Source of the DNA: Minisyncoccota bacterium
GTDB lineage: Bacteria; Patescibacteriota; Minisyncoccia; Phycocordibacterales; Phycocordibacteraceae
NCBI GenBank assembly: GCA_041660025.1
Contig: JBAZXD010000002.1
Span: forward strand, 4,635-68,634
Direction: 5' to 3'
DNA: 64,000 nt
The notes under the pieces are model-generated. The model had not been told where the DNA came from and did no database searches. It saw nothing but the letters and a program-made list of their open reading frames with translations. A program made the position numbers and the translations under genes. Positions 19,551 to 30,018 of the stretch are shown here, in pieces. How positions within the stretch are numbered: the first letter of the stretch is position 1; every line of letters starts with the position of its first letter.

Positions 19551-20634
19551 TAAGGAAATCAGGCACCTTGCGATGATAATGGGAGCGCGGCCGAATTTCA
19601 TCAAGGCCGCGTCTCTTTGTGCAGAAGTCAAGAATCATCCAGAATTCAAGCTCACTCTCATACATACCGGACAGCATTTCGATAAAAATATGTCCGATAT
19701 TTTCTTTGAAGAAATGCGGATTCCGCGCCCCCAGGTGACATTGAATATTATGGCAGACAGGCATTCGGAAAAGATCGGTAGGATGTTTAATTCTTTGCAG
19801 GCCACGCTTTCAGAACTTTCTCCTGATGGTGTTCTAGTATTTGGCGACGTTAACTCAACTCTTGCCGGAGCTTTGGCTTCCGCAAAGAATCGTATTCCGC
19901 TCATACACGTCGAAGCCGGTTTACGAAGCCACGATAGGCGTATGCCGGAAGAGATAAATAGAGTTATTGTTGATCATCTTTCAGATGTGCTTTTTACCAC
20001 CGAACCTTCTGCGGATGAAAATCTGAAAAGAGAAGGGATTGATCCAAGTAGAATTCATCACGTGGGAAACTTAATGATAGAAAGCCTTGAACGCTATAGA
20101 GACGATATAGATTCTTCTCGAGTTCTTGACACCGTAAATCATAAAGATTATTTCATAGCGACGATTCACCGCCAGGAAAATACCGATGATCGGACTTCGC
20201 TTGAAAGGGTACTCTTCCTTCTCGATCGGATTTCAAGAAAGAAACCTGTAATTTTTCCATTACATCCAGGTACCAGAAAGAAAATAGAGGGGTACGGACT
20301 AAGCGAACTTCTCTCCAATTTAAGCGTTATAGAACCTTTGGGTTATTTTGATTTCATAAAACTCGTTCAGGAGAGCTCTGGAGTAATAACCGACTCGGGC
20401 GGGATACAGGAGGAGACGACCCATCTAGGAGTCCCTTGTGCAACGCTACGCGATAATACGGAACGCCCCATAACTGTCGAGGCTGGATCAAATAGACTTT
20501 TTGACATACGGTCAATCAGTCCAAAAGAAATACTTTTACATTTCAGCAGATCGTATCCTGCGCGGCCGATACCTCTCTGGGATGACAAAGTCAGTAAGCG
20601 CATATTTAAGTCTCTTCATACTTTCTTCAAGTAA
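19537..20634 (+). CDS. wecB: UDP-N-acetylglucosamine 2-epimerase, non-hydrolysing
   Basis: MGARPNFIKAASL, TGQHFDKNMSDIFFEEMRIP, HVEAGLRSHDRRMPEEINR and HPGTRKKIE are Epimerase_2 motifs. Confidence 0.75.
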   Translation: MESNNKEIRHLAMIMGARPNFIKAASLCAEVKNHPEFKLTLIHTGQHFDKNMSDIFFEEMRIPRPQVTLNIMADRHSEKIGRMFNSLQATLSELSPDGVLVFGDVNSTLAGALASAKNRIPLIHVEAGLRSHDRRMPEEINRVIVDHLSDVLFTTEPSADENLKREGIDPSRIHHVGNLMIESLERYRDDIDSSRVLDTVNHKDYFIATIHRQENTDDRTSLERVLFLLDRISRKKPVIFPLHPGTRKKIEGYGLSELLSNLSVIEPLGYFDFIKLVQESSGVITDSGGIQEETTHLGVPCATLRDNTERPITVEAGSNRLFDIRSISPKEILLHFSRSYPARPIPLWDDKVSKRIFKSLHTFFK

Positions 20635-20670
20635 GGGAAGAAATCGTAGGGTAGAGAAATGAAATGTTTT

Positions 20671-21540
20671 CTATTTAGGAGTATATTTGGCAAGATCAAT
20701 CAAAGAATAGAAAAAATCTTTCATTGCAGCGTACATCTTAGGTGATTTTCTTTGTAATACGTTTATACCTGGAATCCTGTCGCGCAGTCGATATATCTTC
20801 TTATTAGAAATCATGTTCCCGCCGTATATCTTGGCGATGCGACGACGTTCTTCATTGAAAAGTTTCTGTTTCGTCATGGTGTTCGAGCCGCTCCAAAGGC
20901 GGAATGCTCCGAGCGTGACAGGGATATATACGGACTTGCCAACAGCAAGTATCCTGAACCAGAGCTCGAGGTCCATGCAGTAGCTATAGGATTCGTCAGG
21001 CAACCCCACTTTATCAATGATGCGTTTCGTAAAGAAATTGAGCAGGAGAGAGCTTCCGCGCGTCCTGAGGCTCTCGAACGTCTCATTCGGGCGCGGGCGC
21101 GGTTCTATCGTGTTAGGTCGGCTGCCGTCCTCATATACCTTGAGGGTGTCGCCATAGAGCAAATCTACACTCGGATCTTTCTCATAGGCGTCGACGACGG
21201 CCTGGAATGCGCCCGGTAAGTAGTAATCATCTGAATTCATCCAAGCGAGGATCTCTCCTTTCGCCATATGAAAACCTTCATTTATGGTTTTTGTCTGACC
21301 CTTATTCTCGCGGCTGATGCATGTGTACGAGAGCCCCAGACATTTAATTGGCCAGCGGCCTTCTTTCAGCAGGGTGTCGTATTCTTCGATTATCTCTTTC
21401 GTATTGTCCGGTGAGCCGTCATTGATGACTATATATTCTACATAGAAATTTCCTTCCTGCTTGAGAACGCTTTCGATGGCTTGCGCGACAAATTGTGGTT
21501 GTTTGTATGTGGGCGTGACTATACTTATTGTTATTGCCAT
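20671..21540 (-). CDS. Glycosyltransferase family 2
   Basis: ISIVTPTYKQPQFVAQAIESVLKQEGNFYVEYIVINDGSPDNT and a DxD region NSDDYY. Confidence 0.7.
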   Translation of the reverse strand: MAITISIVTPTYKQPQFVAQAIESVLKQEGNFYVEYIVINDGSPDNTKEIIEEYDTLLKEGRWPIKCLGLSYTCISRENKGQTKTINEGFHMAKGEILAWMNSDDYYLPGAFQAVVDAYEKDPSVDLLYGDTLKVYEDGSRPNTIEPRPRPNETFESLRTRGSSLLLNFFTKRIIDKVGLPDESYSYCMDLELWFRILAVGKSVYIPVTLGAFRLWSGSNTMTKQKLFNEERRRIAKIYGGNMISNKKIYRLRDRIPGINVLQRKSPKMYAAMKDFFYSLIDLAKYTPK

Positions 21541-21548
21541 AGGTGAGA

Positions 21549-22208
21549 TTATTTGACGCCTTCGAGGTTCAGACTTATTGGATACATCCCATGAATCTTA
21601 CGAGGGCCAGCCCAATCGCTGAACGAATAATAAGGTGCAGTTTCCGGGCTCCATTCTCTCGTTTCCCGGAAGCCAGCTTCCTTAAGAAGTGTGCTGAGAT
21701 ATTCTTTATTAAAGATGGCTCGATGGAAATCGAATTCGCCATTTTCGTGCGTACCCATGAGCGGAGGAAGGGTGCGTGGTACGCTCCTGCCTTCTGTTTC
21801 GTACATAGCTATCACCTTGTCAAAATCGGGAACAGAGAGTCGTAGCACACCTCCTTTTTTCAGTACGCGCTGCCATTCGCGTAGGACCTCGGGAATCTTC
21901 TGGTGGGAGATGTGTTCAAGCACGTGACAAGCATAGACAAGGTCGGCGTACTCGTCCGGAAACATGGGAAGTTTCTCGACCCTGCTCACGAAGTTGACGT
22001 GGGGGAAAGCAACACCATCGACATTTATGTATCGCGGGTCGTCTTGTTCTCCGCACCCAAGGTGGATGAGTACCTTGCCGTCAGCATTTTCTGGAATGTG
22101 CGGCGGTTTGAAAAAACGTATTGCCCTATAGGTAAGATTGGCACACACATCGTATAGCCAAATTCTCGCCGGCCGGAGTGTTTTCCTCATCTTCCGATAT
22201 ACGTTCAT
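21549..22208 (-). CDS. Class I SAM-dependent methyltransferase
   Basis: IHLGCGEQDDPRYINVD, VYACHVLEHI and GGVLRLSVPDF. Confidence 0.55.
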   Translation of the reverse strand: MNVYRKMRKTLRPARIWLYDVCANLTYRAIRFFKPPHIPENADGKVLIHLGCGEQDDPRYINVDGVAFPHVNFVSRVEKLPMFPDEYADLVYACHVLEHISHQKIPEVLREWQRVLKKGGVLRLSVPDFDKVIAMYETEGRSVPRTLPPLMGTHENGEFDFHRAIFNKEYLSTLLKEAGFRETREWSPETAPYYSFSDWAGPRKIHGMYPISLNLEGVK

Positions 22209-22325
22209 AGCTGCTTGTCTGGAAATAATACTCGATTAGCGATATTTAGCCACTTTTCTCAGATGATGATGGTTATCTTTATTATTGTGAATACAGCAGG
22301 CCGCTGATATATTTACGTTACTTCA

Positions 22326-23696
22326 ATGAGTAGTACTTCTTTCTCCTGGGACTATTTAAGAGGCGAATTTTCATATGGTTTCTGGAACGTCGCGACGAAA
22401 CTGGTCGCTGCCCTGAACACGTTTTTAGTGATCTTCTCTCTGACCATCTATGAATATGGCTCTTTCCAGCTCCTCTTGGCCTCGTATGCCGGGGCCGCAG
22501 TACTCTTGTCGGTAGGGGGTGGCGTCGTGAGAAACGATATTTTGCGGTTCGAAGCGAAGGGAAGGAGCTCCGAGGCGAAGAAGCTCTTCTATGAACTTCT
22601 CTCTGTCAGAATCGCTACCGGCGTTGTCTTATGGGCACTCGTATTTTGGGGCGCTCCACTCCTCTCTTTCAAATACGGACCCGATTATATCTCGCTGGTG
22701 AGGATACTGTCGTTCCTGTTCCTGCATGATGCTTTGATTGCCGGTGTCATGACCATCATAGAGATGCGGAAGAAATTCAACGCTATCGCAAGTCGGATGT
22801 TTATCGCTAAAGCGGTACAGCTCTCTCTCCTCTCCTATTTCTTTTTCTTTCAACACGTGAATCTTCGTGTGGTCGTGATATCGCTCGTGGTTTCAATGTT
22901 CGCGACGCTGGTCTTCCTTCTTCCATCCTTTTTTGAGTTGTCGGCTCCATGGAGGAGGATTAAGGGATCTTCTGATTTTTTTCTGTTGAAGATTCTGAGA
23001 TCATACGGCAAGTGGGAGATCTTGCAGCCGATTGCCGGGAAGTTCACGTCATTGTTCGAGGTATGGGCTATCAAGGTTTTCATAAGCACAGAGGCGGTAG
23101 CTATATTCTCGATAGCTCAGATACTACTGAACACCGTGGCTGGATTCTTCCCAGTAAATACGCTTACGACTCTTGTGCCACTAGAGGCTGGAAATGAAGA
23201 AAAGCTGAGAAAGATCTATACTTACGGGACGAAGTATCTGTCGCTCCTCTCTGTCTTTATGGGCATAGCCGCCTTCGTAGCTGTGCCGATTATCATCGAC
23301 ATGTTTTTCAATAAGTACATAGTATCTCTGCCATATTTCAATACACTGTTGCTTACTCTTCCTATCCTCTCGGTGACTGCCGTTTCCACCGTCTTCCTCA
23401 TCACGCTTCGGCGCCAAAAATTCCTCTTCTTCCAGAAACTCCTGAAGAGTATCGTGGCAGTTCCGCTCTATCTTCTGCTCCTGCCGGCATTCGGTCTGTG
23501 GGGCCTCGTTATACAAAATTTCATCACGCTCAGCGTAATGACCATCTCACTCTATCTGTATCTGGAAAGGACGAAACCGAAACTGTTCGTCAAATGGTAT
23601 GACCTGATTCGCTTTGGGGAAGGAGACCGGATATTTTTACTGAATGCCTTCAGTGAAGCTCGAATGCGCCTATTCCGCAAGTTCTTGCGTTTGTAG
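22326..23696 (+). CDS. Polysaccharide biosynthesis protein / oligosaccharide flippase (Wzx/MOP superfamily)
   Basis: 456 aa with about 12 predicted TM helices. Located inside a glycan gene cluster. Confidence 0.55.
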   Translation: MSSTSFSWDYLRGEFSYGFWNVATKLVAALNTFLVIFSLTIYEYGSFQLLLASYAGAAVLLSVGGGVVRNDILRFEAKGRSSEAKKLFYELLSVRIATGVVLWALVFWGAPLLSFKYGPDYISLVRILSFLFLHDALIAGVMTIIEMRKKFNAIASRMFIAKAVQLSLLSYFFFFQHVNLRVVVISLVVSMFATLVFLLPSFFELSAPWRRIKGSSDFFLLKILRSYGKWEILQPIAGKFTSLFEVWAIKVFISTEAVAIFSIAQILLNTVAGFFPVNTLTTLVPLEAGNEEKLRKIYTYGTKYLSLLSVFMGIAAFVAVPIIIDMFFNKYIVSLPYFNTLLLTLPILSVTAVSTVFLITLRRQKFLFFQKLLKSIVAVPLYLLLLPAFGLWGLVIQNFITLSVMTISLYLYLERTKPKLFVKWYDLIRFGEGDRIFLLNAFSEARMRLFRKFLRL

Positions 23697-23729
23697 CATC
23701 TGTGCAGTATTCGCGCCGTTTCCTACGTA

Positions 23730-24374
23730 TTATAGGGACGGCTTTTCCATGACATAGACGATGAAATGGGAAGTCCATATATTTTCCGGGAGATATTTCC
23801 AGAAGCGTTTCATCTTGTTGAATATTCCGTATGCGAATTCAGGTAAGAAGTACCTCGTCTCCTTCAGGGTGAGGTCTTTCAGGAAAACTTTGTTGAATAT
23901 GCTCTTGGAATAGACAGTGATGTGATTATTTTTCCAATTCCATCTGGGGAAATCACCGGTCTTTAAGAAGATCAGCCTGCTTATGATATGGAATACGTTG
24001 GGCATGGAAATGACAACTGTTCCGCCCGGCTTCAGCACCCGCACGATCTCGCGTATCACGAAATGAGGATTTTCTAAGTGCTCAAAGACTTCCCACGACG
24101 TTATGAGGTCGAAAGTGCTGTCTTCCCAAGGGAGTTTTTCATAACAGAAATCTACGCTCTGAAAATCGATATTATTTTTCGACAAATCGGTATAGCGTTC
24201 GATGTCAGCCCCAGATAAGTCCGAGAAACCGGCTTCTTTCAATTGCATGAGGAATTCGCCCCCTCCGCACCCTATGTCCAGGACTCTGGTCTCTGTCGAG
24301 AAACGGCTCTGTACGAGAGTCGCCGCGTAATGGGTGCTGATCATCAAGCTCGGGATACTTTTGGTTTGTTCCAT
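23730..24374 (-). CDS. Class I SAM-dependent methyltransferase
   Basis: VLDIGCGGGEFLMQL (motif I), DLITSWEVFEHL and LKPGGTVVISMPN. Confidence 0.65.
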   Translation of the reverse strand: MEQTKSIPSLMISTHYAATLVQSRFSTETRVLDIGCGGGEFLMQLKEAGFSDLSGADIERYTDLSKNNIDFQSVDFCYEKLPWEDSTFDLITSWEVFEHLENPHFVIREIVRVLKPGGTVVISMPNVFHIISRLIFLKTGDFPRWNWKNNHITVYSKSIFNKVFLKDLTLKETRYFLPEFAYGIFNKMKRFWKYLPENIWTSHFIVYVMEKPSL

Positions 24375-24385
24375 TTTCGGTTATT

Positions 24386-25120
24386 TTATTTTGAAAACCA
24401 AATCCAAAAATATCTCTGCTTCTCGCCCTCAGTTTTTATAAGTTTCAGCCCTAGGGAACCGAGGATGTTCTCTATTTCATCCTTGCTAAATGACGGCCCA
24501 TAAAACCAGTTGTATTTGCTGGTGGGCAGACCCCGTAATTGTATTTTCGCGACGCCGTGCGGCGCAAGGACCCTCCGTATCTCTTTGAGGTTTTCTAGGA
24601 TGATCTTTTTATCTGGCATGTGCTGAAAGACGATATACGAGAAGACAAAATCAACTGTCGAATCCTCTATGGAAGGATATCGTTCTCCATCATTCGCTAT
24701 GAATGTGATGTTGGCGAGGTTCTGGAGCCTCTCACTCCCGGCTTTTATCATCTCCGCCGATATATCTACAGCAAAGACTTTTTTGAAACGCAGAGAAAGG
24801 AATTTGGTTATCCTCCCGATTCCGCAGCCGATTTCCAGCACTGTCTTGTCTTTAAAATCGACCAGTCTGTGTGCGAGTATCTCGTCGCCAGCTATCAATT
24901 CGGTGAAATCTTTTTCACCCGATTCCTCGAATTCTTCTTCGGTTATCTTTTCACCGAAATCGGTCAAAACAAAATACCGTGCATTCTGCAATGCCAGTCT
25001 GTCCCATTTATTTTTGCTCGCTCGAAGCGTCTCGCTCGGTATCAGAAAATTTGCCATGCTTCTGAGCATAACTTTGATACTCGGCGGTATGAGATCCTTA
25101 ATTTTTTGTATCAAAATCAT
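24386..25120 (-). CDS. Class I SAM-dependent methyltransferase
   Basis: VLEIGCGIGRITKFL, DFVFSYIVFQHM and LAPHGVAKIQ. Confidence 0.65.
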   Translation of the reverse strand: MILIQKIKDLIPPSIKVMLRSMANFLIPSETLRASKNKWDRLALQNARYFVLTDFGEKITEEEFEESGEKDFTELIAGDEILAHRLVDFKDKTVLEIGCGIGRITKFLSLRFKKVFAVDISAEMIKAGSERLQNLANITFIANDGERYPSIEDSTVDFVFSYIVFQHMPDKKIILENLKEIRRVLAPHGVAKIQLRGLPTSKYNWFYGPSFSKDEIENILGSLGLKLIKTEGEKQRYFWIWFSK

Positions 25121-25235
25121 AAAATTGGTCGTTCTTACTTCCTTTTGTGCGTCCCGTAGCCAGTTGTCGTTTAATGTAGCATACCAGAGTCTTTATTTGT
25201 AGATCGCCATACTTCTCGCGTCGTTTGTCATTGAA

Positions 25236-27683
25236 GTGAAAAGCGGATACTATACAGCGGTAAAATACCGTCTCTCTAGACTGCATAATCCACCAATGAC
25301 TGAGTCCCTGAAAAACGAAGAATTAACGATTTGCACCGTTTCCTTTGGGCACAAGGATCTTATAGAGGCCAATATCGAATTGACCGGTAAAATGAATCCG
25401 GGACGGGACATACGATGGATTATCGTTGAAAACACCCCGGATGATAAAAGCGGTACGTTTACTTTGGGGGAAAGAGGGAACATCAAGGTCATAAAAGGGA
25501 TACAGAACGATTTCAAAGGAGTAGGTTCCGCCAGCTATCATCACGCCTCCGGCTTAAATAGAGTCATGGGAGAAGTGACGACTAGATATGCGTTAGTGCT
25601 GGACCCTGATTTCTTCATACTCAGGAAAAATTGGGCGAAAGATATCATGAGTCATATGGAACGATATAAGCTGGCTTTCTTTGGAGTCCCCTACAACCCG
25701 AAGAGGTACATGAAATACAGAGGGTTTCCTTGCATACATTGCATGTTTATTGACTTGGATAAAGTTAATAAGGAAGAAATTGACTTTAATCCTAGTTACA
25801 AACAATCATCGCCTGACGTTAGCAATAGAGCTGTTATGCCGAAAGATGGGGGAGTGGCCAGGAATTTTTTTAATACTCTGAAGCGTCATGTGAGAATTGC
25901 GCTGAAAAGAAGCTCAATAATAGGATCATCGAGAGATACGGGATACGGACTTTTCGAAAGGTTCCACACTGCAGAGAATATAAGAAGCGAGTGCGCCACG
26001 CCTGTATTTAAGCCCCATAGTTCCAGCATAAAGCCATCCTGGATAGGTTCGGTAGCAAATGCTGCGATAGAGAGATTCTTGCCGGAAAATTTGTGCTACC
26101 TGCCGAAAGACCATGGCTACTATTCGGAGAGAGGTTTTAAGGAATCCGGTTTTGAAGACGTTTTTGGCGAAGGCTGGGACGAATTTATATGGAAAGGTGA
26201 GCCGTTCGGTTTTCATCTGCAGGGAGCGAATAAAGACGGTACGACGAAAGACCATTCCGGGGAGACGAGACGTCTTTCAGAAATCCTTGATAATTTCTAT
26301 CAACGCGGAAGAGTGAAGAATGTCTTTTTCGCGATGTTTGAAGGAGTAGAGTCGAAGAACATTCTGAGAACGGGCATCGTGAAAAAAGTATTGGCATCTG
26401 ATTCGAGCACTCGCGCTGTCCTTTTCATGAAGAATAAAGAGCGTGCCGAATACTATGCGAAGGAATTCTCGGATCCGAGAATCATCTATGAGGTGATAGA
26501 TGCGGGCAATCTCGGATTCGCTGACAGGATCTTCAGTTTTCTTAAGTTCAAATTCTTGCAGACTGAGACGACAGATTTGCGTGCGAAGATGATAAGAGAA
26601 GAACGAGGAGTCGTGTATTATTACTACTCCCTCGTGCTCCACCGGATTCTCGCCAGGTCGTTTTTCGTATCGTTATTTAGATGGCTCGATCTTATATTGG
26701 TCCGGAATATTTCTTTTGATAGCTATTTCGAAAGATATAATCCAACCTTGATACTGCTCGCCAATCTTTTTGAAGACCATGAGACTAACTTTCTGCGTGC
26801 CGCAAAGAAATATAGTGTGTTTAGCGTGGGACTTATCAATAGCTGGGATAGAGTAACCGCACGGTGCGTACTGAGAGTCCTGCCGGACAAGTTAATCGTT
26901 TTCAATAGTACGGTAAAGAAAGAAGTCATCGAAACGAATTACGTGGAACCGGCGGATATTTTCATTTCCGGATTGCCCCAGTACGATTACTACTTCTCTC
27001 CGATTCGTGTTGCACGGAAAGATTTCTTAAGGAAATTGGGTCTCGAGGATGACGAAAGGATAGTCTTTTATTCTCCCATCGGCGGCATGTTCAGCAATTC
27101 TGATTGGGAGATGATAGACCTTCTGTATAGCATGAATAGCGAAGGAAAATTCGGCGAAAAGGTAAAAATATTCGTCAGTTTTCCGCCGAACGATTTCATA
27201 AAAGAAGAGGAGTTGAGAAAGAGACCTTGGCTTCCTTATCAGTATATTGGAACGAGATTTTCCAGCGTCAGGTCGACAGACTGGGATATAAAAGGAGAAG
27301 AACTCGAAGATCTTAAGAATCTTCTCTTCCATGCATCCATCGTACTGTGCTATGCATCAAGTCTTTCCATCGACGCAGCAATCTTCGATAAGCCGATTAT
27401 AAACATAAATTTCGAGATAAAAGACAATGAAAGTTTATCAAAATCACCGACTGCCTTTTATAAGATGACTCACTATGAGAAAGCGCTACATGCAGGCGGC
27501 ATACGGTTAGTGAACAACGAAAGCGAACTCATAGAATGGATTAGAAGATACCTGGAAGACCCTTCCGTGGATAGGGACGGAAGGAAGAGGCTTGTAGAAA
27601 GACAGTGCGAATACACCGATGGTAAATCTGCAGACAGGATTGCCGGGTATCTCTGCAGCTTTTTAGGTCGCGCAGCTACTTGA
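25236..27683 (+). CDS. Large (about 800 aa) putative bifunctional glycan-assembly enzyme. The N-terminal part is GT-A-like (DxD LVLDPD). The C-terminal part resembles CDP-glycerol/ribitol-phosphate transferases (TagB/TagF-like).
   Basis: YALVLDPDFFIL, then a C-terminal region with IVFYSPIGGMF (compare the TagF motif LYAPTWR) and HASIVLCYASSLSIDAAIFDKPIINI. Weak homology recognition. Alternative start at 25296. Confidence 0.35.
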   Translation: MKSGYYTAVKYRLSRLHNPPMTESLKNEELTICTVSFGHKDLIEANIELTGKMNPGRDIRWIIVENTPDDKSGTFTLGERGNIKVIKGIQNDFKGVGSASYHHASGLNRVMGEVTTRYALVLDPDFFILRKNWAKDIMSHMERYKLAFFGVPYNPKRYMKYRGFPCIHCMFIDLDKVNKEEIDFNPSYKQSSPDVSNRAVMPKDGGVARNFFNTLKRHVRIALKRSSIIGSSRDTGYGLFERFHTAENIRSECATPVFKPHSSSIKPSWIGSVANAAIERFLPENLCYLPKDHGYYSERGFKESGFEDVFGEGWDEFIWKGEPFGFHLQGANKDGTTKDHSGETRRLSEILDNFYQRGRVKNVFFAMFEGVESKNILRTGIVKKVLASDSSTRAVLFMKNKERAEYYAKEFSDPRIIYEVIDAGNLGFADRIFSFLKFKFLQTETTDLRAKMIREERGVVYYYYSLVLHRILARSFFVSLFRWLDLILVRNISFDSYFERYNPTLILLANLFEDHETNFLRAAKKYSVFSVGLINSWDRVTARCVLRVLPDKLIVFNSTVKKEVIETNYVEPADIFISGLPQYDYYFSPIRVARKDFLRKLGLEDDERIVFYSPIGGMFSNSDWEMIDLLYSMNSEGKFGEKVKIFVSFPPNDFIKEEELRKRPWLPYQYIGTRFSSVRSTDWDIKGEELEDLKNLLFHASIVLCYASSLSIDAAIFDKPIININFEIKDNESLSKSPTAFYKMTHYEKALHAGGIRLVNNESELIEWIRRYLEDPSVDRDGRKRLVERQCEYTDGKSADRIAGYLCSFLGRAAT

Positions 27684-28239
27684 TGGCGCGGAGCTCTATG
27701 GTAAAGGTTTTTATTATGTCCCAAAAAAATCTGATGAAAAATCGATTATTGAAGAGTAGGGCCCGTGCCCCAGAAGGATTATAATATTTGTAGGAGATCT
27801 TCTCTATTTTCAGATTGCATTTCAGATCATAATCCGGCAAGAGGCCATGATCCGCGAAGCTTTTATCGAAGTATTCGAATGTTCTCTCGGAGAAAAATCT
27901 TTTATGAGTGGGATCTTTGAATGCCGCTGTTGATTTAAGATAGGGGACAATAATCGTCACTTTGGCATCTTTTCTGCAGACCCGGTAGATTTCTTCCATG
28001 ATAAAAACCGTATCATCCACGTGCTCCAAGATGCTGAATGCGGTCAATTCATCTACGGAATCATCCGCGAGCGGGATACCCTTGTTCAAGTCTGCAACGA
28101 TATCGACCTCAGGATATGGGAGCCGGTCTATGTTGATGAAACCTTCTTTCCGGTTCGGCCCGCCACCGAGATTCACTTTTTTCTTTTCAACAGGAGTTTC
28201 CATGCCTCTTAGACTTATAAGTATATGATTACACGTCAT
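27676..28239 (-). CDS. Class I SAM-dependent methyltransferase (short, Methyltransf_11/23-like)
   Basis: VNLGGGPNRKEGFINID, LTAFSILEHV and DAKVTIIVP. Alternative start at METPV (28203). Confidence 0.55.
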   Translation of the reverse strand: MTCNHILISLRGMETPVEKKKVNLGGGPNRKEGFINIDRLPYPEVDIVADLNKGIPLADDSVDELTAFSILEHVDDTVFIMEEIYRVCRKDAKVTIIVPYLKSTAAFKDPTHKRFFSERTFEYFDKSFADHGLLPDYDLKCNLKIEKISYKYYNPSGARALLFNNRFFIRFFWDIIKTFTIELRAIK

Positions 28240-28361
28240 TTCTTACAAGGTTGTGATATCGGCTGTGCTAGAATTACCCAATCGGTAACGTATTGTCCAA
28301 ATCATAGGTTTATGTAATATAACGCTATATCCTGCCCACTAAGATTATTTTTGCGGATTTT

Positions 28362-29186
28362 ATGAACATAAAACAAGTCTTTTTTCTAGATCGTCGGGGG
28401 GAGATTGTCGGGACGCCAGAAAAGCAGACCAAGAAAGTAATAAATTCTTCCGTGGCATTCCCCATTGTCGTTGAGTATTATGATTGGGATTTGGATAAGC
28501 AGGCAAAAAGCGCTGAACAGTATAAGGATCAGATAAAACGCGTGTTTTATCAGGAGGGAGTGGATGATGCGGTGAAAGTAATGCTACAGGACGATGTGGC
28601 ACGTTTGAACTTGGTTCAGAAACTTGACTACGGCTCCAGAATCTTGGAAGTCGGGTCAAGTGACGGCTCAGTGAGCGTTAAGATTGCGGCGCAAAAAAAA
28701 GTAAGAGAAATCCTAGCAATCGATATACGCCAATCAGCCATCAGTGACGGGAAGAAGCTCGTTCGGGATTTAGTCAAGGACGGGGAGATTTCCGCTTCAG
28801 TTGCCCAGAAAATAAGTCTTAAGAAATATGCGATTCAAGATCTACCGGGACGGTACGGCACGTTCGACAGCGTCTGCGCCTATGAAGTCTTTGAGCACCT
28901 TGCCCCATGGGACATGATGCCGGTCTTCGAACATATATATAAGTTCATAAAACCGAAAGGGAAATTTTTCATAAGTGTACCCAATCGTTTTCCGGACTCC
29001 AAGTATGAAAAACAAGGAAGAAGCCGCTGGCGCTGGTTTGATCATAGGAATTTCTTTAGTCAGGTCAGTCTCAATCTTTTTTTGATGTCCTTCTTTAAAA
29101 AAGTTACTTTTTATCCGCTCTATCCTCACGAAAAGGCTGGAGACAGCCTCTACCTCATTTGCGAATGCTATGGCAAAAGATTCTAA
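28362..29186 (+). CDS. Class I SAM-dependent methyltransferase
   Basis: ILEVGSSDGSVSVKIA, VCAYEVFEHL and GKFFISVPN. Confidence 0.55.
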   Translation: MNIKQVFFLDRRGEIVGTPEKQTKKVINSSVAFPIVVEYYDWDLDKQAKSAEQYKDQIKRVFYQEGVDDAVKVMLQDDVARLNLVQKLDYGSRILEVGSSDGSVSVKIAAQKKVREILAIDIRQSAISDGKKLVRDLVKDGEISASVAQKISLKKYAIQDLPGRYGTFDSVCAYEVFEHLAPWDMMPVFEHIYKFIKPKGKFFISVPNRFPDSKYEKQGRSRWRWFDHRNFFSQVSLNLFLMSFFKKVTFYPLYPHEKAGDSLYLICECYGKRF

Positions 29187-30015
29187 ATTGAAAATAATAG
29201 CTGAAATCGCATCTTCGCATAATGGCGACGTTGGTCTCGGCAAAAGAATGATACAGATTGCTGCATCTGCCGGCGTTGATATCGTTAAGTTCCAGTCCTG
29301 GCAGAGCAGAAATGTCGATGAGAGCGATCCGGATAAGGCGCGCTACGCTTCCCTTGAGTTATCTGACGATGCTCACTATGAGCTGAAAGAGGAATGTGAG
29401 AAAAACGGCGTTGAGTTCCTGACTACCTGCTATAACAGCGATCGGATACCGTTCCTGAAAGAACTCGGTCTGGAAAAAATCAAAGTAGCAAGCACCGATC
29501 TGAAGGCGTCACACTTTCTGAAGAAACTCCGCGATAACTTCAAAGAGGTAATCGTTTCTACAGGAATGTCGACCAAAGAAGAGATAGAACAAGCGGTAGA
29601 AATATTAAAGAGCGGAGAATTCACGATGATGCACTGCGTTTCGGTCTACCCCTGCCCGCTTGAAAAAGCCAATATGGGAAAGTTACTCTGGCTGCAGAGA
29701 TTGACGCCGCATGTCGGTTATTCCGACCATACTGAAGGGATCGAAGCACCAATTTTTGCCATGGGCATGGGGGTAAAATACATAGAAAAACATTTCACTC
29801 TTGATAAACACACTCTGCAAACACCACATGCGGTCGGTAAGGGGATACCTCCAATCACTACGCATTCGATTGCCAGCGAACCGGAAACATTCAGACAGAT
29901 TTGTGAGTGGCGCGATAAATATGAAATAGCCTTGGGTAATGGTAGCCTGGAGCTTCTACCTGAGGAGAGATTGACAAGAGAAAAATATACTGGCCGGTTG
30001 GGCCGGAATGACTAA
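29170..30015 (+). CDS. neuB: N-acetylneuraminate (nonulosonic acid) synthase, NeuB family. TIM-barrel core only, no C-terminal SAF/antifreeze-like domain.
   Basis: KIIAEIASSHNGDVGLGKRMIQIAASAGVDIVKFQSW matches the NeuB N-terminal signature. Confidence 0.7.
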   Translation: MAKDSKLKIIAEIASSHNGDVGLGKRMIQIAASAGVDIVKFQSWQSRNVDESDPDKARYASLELSDDAHYELKEECEKNGVEFLTTCYNSDRIPFLKELGLEKIKVASTDLKASHFLKKLRDNFKEVIVSTGMSTKEEIEQAVEILKSGEFTMMHCVSVYPCPLEKANMGKLLWLQRLTPHVGYSDHTEGIEAPIFAMGMGVKYIEKHFTLDKHTLQTPHAVGKGIPPITTHSIASEPETFRQICEWRDKYEIALGNGSLELLPEERLTREKYTGRLGRND

Positions 30016-30018
30016 TGT

